Assembly: GCA_009914755.4 (NCBI GenBank)
Contig: CP068257.2
Span: 43,232,001-43,296,000, forward strand
Direction of reading: 5' to 3'
Length of the DNA: 64,000 bases
DNA from: the human T2T-CHM13v2.0 reference genome, Homo sapiens
Within the stretch, counting starts at the first letter, position 1. Every line of letters begins with the position of its first letter. Below, piece by piece: positions 59,451 through 64,000 of this stretch. The position numbers and the translations under genes were made by a program. The notes beneath the pieces are model-generated. The model had not been told where the DNA came from and made no database searches. It saw only the letters and a list, made by a program, of their open reading frames with translations.

Positions 59451-60379
59451 TGATGAGCATTTCCTCCCTGGGGCCAGCAGAGCAGGGGTGAGGCTGAGTG
59501 GGTATATTACTCCGATTTGGGTGGGACCCCATGCAGTCACACGTGGGGGACGCAGGGCTGACAGCCTTGCATGACCCTTTCACACTTTAGCCATAGCAAT
59601 GCCAAGCCCAGAGAGGCTGCAAGGCCCTGGGGAGAACAGAGGCCCCGGAAGGGGTGGCCAGCTGGGCTTCACTGCAGTCCTCACCAGACAGGATTGAGAT
59701 TTTAACGTGTTAACTTGTTTTCTGTCTTTTCCAAATTGTTTATGGTAGCCATGCATTAATTTTATAATCAGAAAAGCATGTTATTATAACTCAAGTTAAA
59801 TGGCTCCAAAACAAAAGTACCCAGACCCCAGAGCCTGCCCCTCTCTAGCTGGAGAGAGGGACGAAGTATAAGGAAAAGGAACGGAAAGCTGAAAGGACCC
59901 CCGGGCTCTGGAACCCGACCCAAGGGTGATGCCGCCAGGGCTACCAGGAAGCGGCTCCGTGCTGGGCGCAGCCGGTCTCCTACCCACCCCAGCACACCTC
60001 AGCCCCCAGCCTCTTCCTCCCGCGCCTCCCCCGCCCTCACCACTTCCTCTCAATGGTCCCTGGGGATTACAGCACGATTATTTTTATTGCAAGAGTTTCC
60101 CAATGCGGGAACTCACAGCCCCAAAGAGTTTGCATCTGAGCTTCCTGTAGCATCCTGGGGCACGGACAGGCGGAACCGGGCCATCAGCCGTCCCTGCGCA
60201 CAGAGGCGCACAGATTGGATCCGGCCTCGCAGTCCCAGGAGCCAAGAGGGGAGGCACGCGTGCCGGTTCTCGGAAATTCATTATGGGAATGTGCGCGTTG
60301 TGGAGATGCTCAGACCGCGAACAGTACTGCGGGAACCCAAACGATCATTTTTAACCCCAGACGTCCCTGAACCAAAGCC

Positions 60380-61900
60380 AAAGTCTACAGGTCACTGGGG
60401 CAGAGGCCGCCCGAAACCAGCTGTCCCCTCCCGGCCTAGGCGCGCCAGGTCCCCGCCCAGCCGGGGCGATCCTTTGGTCGGACAGTGAGGTTGGGAGCCC
60501 ACCGCACCCAAGTGCCGCCGCATCCACCCGGCGCAGGCGACCCCCGACGGGCAGCCGCTCACCTTCTCCTGGCCCCGGGCTTCAGGAAAACTGCCTGGAG
60601 GTGGCCGGGGTCTCCCTAGCGGAGGCTGGGCGGCGGGCTTCGCGCCTGCCTCAGTCTCCCAATCCGTGGCCCGGGGGATGGAGCCCGCTGCGCGCAGAGG
60701 CTGCGGCAGGTCCCAGCCAGGTGCCCTGGAACGTGGCTCCTCCTTCCCTGAGGCGCTCCCCTGGGCACGAGGATGGGTCTCGAAGCAGGAGGAAGCCGCC
60801 TTCCCTCACCCGCTGTCCGGAGCTGCTCAGCCGGTGCGCGGAGCCTCCCCCGCCGCGGACACCACGATCCGACCCCCACCCTGACCCCGACCCAGACCCC
60901 CACCGCCCGACCCCGGCCGTATTCCGTTGCGTTTGCTCCCTGCCAGCTCCGGGGCCACCACTGAGCACGCGCTGTGAGTAGGCGCTTCCTGGAGCTTTTC
61001 CTGGGGGTCCTCAGAAAAACCCCTGCCGTCCCCATTATAGAGATGGGGAAACTGAGGCTCAGGAAGGCCAGAGCTTGCCCAAAACCTGCGGTCCGCGGCG
61101 GGCAGGGATTCCACGCTCCGAGCCTGGCCGCCTCCCTGGGGCGCGTGAAGGGAGCTTTCCTTCCCCGGGAAAGGCCGGGGCCAGAGACCCGCACTCGGAC
61201 CAGGCGGGGGCTGCGGGGCCAGAGTGGGCTGGGGAGGGCTGGGAGGGCGTCTGGGGCCGGCTCCTCCAGGCTGGGGGCCGCCAGCTCCGGGAAGGCAGTC
61301 CTGGCCTGCGGATGGGGCCGCGCGTGGGGCCCGGCGGGGCGGCCTCGGGAGGCGTCCAGGCTGCGGGAGCGGGAGGAGCGGCCGTGCGGGCGCCAGCGCC
61401 GTGGGTGGAGGTCGCCGTCCCTCCTGAGGGGCAGCCGGTGCGTTTGGGACCCGGGAGCAGAGCCCGCGCCTCCCCAGCGGCCTCCCCGGGGGTCTCACCG
61501 GGTCTCCCGAGAGCGGAGGCCCCGGCTCCGCAGAAACCCGGGGCGGCCGCGGGGAAGCAGCGCCCTCAGGCGTCGGAGGAGCCCCCAGAAGGACCTCGCG
61601 CCTCCCCGCCGGGCTCCGACCGCCTGGGTTCGGTGCGGGACGGCCCAGGCCGCCAGGACCCCCAAGCGCAGCTCAGTCTGCGGGGCACGACCCAGAGGCC
61701 AGCAGCAGAGGACGGGGCCGGGGCCGGGAGAGGGCGGGGAGGGCGCTCCTGGGAGGTCAAGGCCAGGGCTAGGCTTTCAGGGTCATGGCCTGGCCCCTCA
61801 TCCCCAGGGAGGTGAGGGGGCTCTGTGAGCAGAGGGGCCCCGGTGGAGAAGGCGCTGCTAGCCAGGGGCGGGGCAGGAGCCCAGGTGGGGACTTAGGGGT
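60380..61900. promoter_or_regulatory. Distal CpG island about 10.7 kb upstream of ITGB2 exon 1; candidate alternative ITGB2 first exon/promoter and/or promoter of a divergent plus-strand transcript
   Basis: GC content far above the flanks with dense CpG (gcgcgc, ccgcgg runs) over about 1.5 kb. Only GC-bias ORFs and no convincing protein. Contains a MIR-like fragment (cccattatagagatggggaaactgaggctcaggaagg) at about 61025-61090. Confidence 0.45.
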
Positions 61901-64000
61901 GGCTGAAGGGACCCTCAGGCTGCAGGGATAGGGAGGGAAGCTAGGGGTGTGGCTTGGGCAGGTGCTGGGGGACCGCGGGCGCCCTTTATTCTGAAGCCGA
62001 ATGTGCTGCCGGAGTCCCCAGTGACCTAGAAATCCATTTCAAGATTTTCAGGAGTTTCAGGTGGAGACAAAGGCCAGGCCCAGGTGAAAATGTGGCAGTG
62101 ACAGAGTATGGGGTGAGAACCACGGAGAGAGGAAGTCCCCGAGGCAGATGATGGGACAGAGAGCGGGGACCAGAATTTTTTAAAACGCATCTGAGATGCG
62201 TTTGGCAGACTCATAGTTGTTTTCCTTTCACGGAGAAAGTGTGGGCAGAAGCCAGCTCTAAAGCCCAGGCTGCCCAGCCTGCACTGGCAGAGCTGACGGA
62301 AGGCCAGGGCAGAGCCTTCCCTCCCTGTCACAGACATGAGCCCTGGAGATCTGGAATGAGGCAGATGTGCCCAGGGAAAGCTGATCCGCCCCGACCCAGG
62401 GCCCCCCGGGTGCCCCTTTGAGCGTGGAATCGTTGCCAGGTCATGGCTCCCTGCTATCGAACACCGGACATGGGTCGTGTGCTGCACCTGGCAGTTGCAG
62501 GACCGACACCCGCAATGCCTTAAGAGGTGATGACTGCCTTCCAGGGGCCTGGCTGGCTGACACTTTGCATGGCTCCTGGAGAAGAGGGATTGAGTGGAGT
62601 CCACGGGTCATGGCCACGTCCTGGGTGCTGCCTCTGAGGCAGGGCCCGGCTGGGGTGAGAAGGGGCTGGAGACAGGTTCCTGCCAGTTCAGCCTCTAACC
62701 GGTGGTCTTCATGCCTAGGAACCCACTGGGGGCTTATGAAACTGCAGGTGGCTGAGTCCTTGCCATGGGGTCTCTCCTTCAGCAGGTCTGGGTGGGGCCG
62801 GAGACTGTACCCCACAAAAGGTCCCAGGTGAGGCGGATGTGGCCTGGCGCTGTGTGGCTCTGGACCTAGTCCTTGGGCTTGGGCTGGCGCCCAGGGCCTG
62901 GGCTTGAGACAGCTGTGACGCAGGCAAGCCATTTACCCCGTTTGTGGGGACATTACATCTTCCTAGCTTGGAACACACAGGCAGCCAGGGTTGTTATCCA
63001 CATTCCTCCTCCATGTTCTTCTCTTGAGAACTTTTACCAGGTATGTCAGGAGCTGGGCTCCACCAGGGAGACTCAAGTGGAAAGCCCTCATCCTTGTCCT
63101 CCAGGAGACAGGAAAACCTATGGTTACAATTCCAGGGACAAGAGCGATGCATGTGAGGTGTGGCAAATCTCACTGTTCAACTGGAGAAATCAGAGACAGC
63201 TTCCTGGAGGCAGTGACACCTGGACAGGCTTCTCCACAGGAGGAAGCGAGTGAGAGAAGCCAACTGGGATGGACCCATCATGTAGGGGGAACAGTGCGCG
63301 CAGAACCAACAACCACCCCCACCCTAGGCCCAGAGCTCACGGAGAGAGCTGGGCCTCTCGGGGTGACTACATAGTTCCCTGCTGGATCTTAGGTCTTGTC
63401 CTTGGGCAGCTCTGCTGAGACCTCTATGCCTGTTCCAGGCTGCACCAAGGTTTTGTGACTATTGACCCTTGACTTTGAGTTGGGAGTTGCTGTATTTTTA
63501 CTAAGGGATGGAGAGACACAGCCCCCAACCCCCAGGGAGCTGGGCTGGCTCTCCTATGGCTCAGCCCATAGCTCCAGCCCCAGGGATGTCCAGAGGATCA
63601 GAAAACTCCCTCCCTCCTTTAAAGCAGCTACTGGCAGAGTCCGTGGAGCTCTTGGGGGCTGGGAGACAGGCAGGAAACCCACCTGGCAGGCAGGCAGGAG
63701 CCCATGGGGGAGGGTTGATCTTTGATCTTCCTCTGATGGCCCAACGGGAACTGTGAGCACCCAGCCGCTCACTGGGACATCTCGGTGCAGGGAAAGGGCT
63801 GAAGCTGGCGCAGCCACGGCAGCATCCCCTCTCGTGGCAGTGCTCCTGAAACAGAGACGTGGTCTGGGCAGCATGCTGAAAGGCATTTCTGAATGAAGCC
63901 TCCTACTGACCTAGAGCCAGCACACACCACTCCAGGGGCAGAGAGGAGAGAGCAGGAGCAGGAGACAGTCCAGGGCAGAGGCAGGCTCTGAGTCCATGGA

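Noticed and set aside
60616-61828. Multiple 190-284 aa ORFs on both strands of the distal CpG island
   Set aside because: Same GC-rich artefact pattern (R/G/P/A-rich, overlapping frames, both strands). No recognisable protein. The region is treated as a promoter/CpG island only.

Overview
Human genomic DNA from chr21q22.3 in reference orientation; the evidence is the encoded PTTG1IP and ITGB2 proteins plus dense Alu content. Nothing in the window resembles a novel or undescribed biological system. What it contains:
(1) The 5' end of PTTG1IP on the minus strand: start codon at 2370, exon 1 CDS 2256-2370, inside a CpG island at about 1480-3060. The rest of the gene lies left of the window.
(2) A ~12 kb intergenic stretch (about 2.5-14.6 kb) with a degraded class-I endogenous-retrovirus pol remnant, four Alu elements, and a ~1.1 kb 21-bp minisatellite just 3' of ITGB2.
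(3) The complete ITGB2 (integrin beta-2/CD18) gene on the minus strand. All 16 exons were traced from the translation and canonical GT-AG junctions. The coding exons sum to exactly 2310 nt, which is 769 aa plus the stop codon. Exon 16 ends at a polyA signal near 14665, exon 15 holds the transmembrane domain, exon 2 holds the ATG at 39470, and non-coding exon 1 ends at 49606.
(4) An Alu-rich upstream region at about 50-55 kb, and a second CpG island at about 60.4-61.9 kb that looks like a distal, possibly bidirectional, promoter.
ITGB2 introns also carry several large alternating purine-pyrimidine (TG/CA) tracts and minisatellites. Coordinates are anchored to the supplied ORF track; positions I read directly off the sequence lines may be 1-2 nt off.
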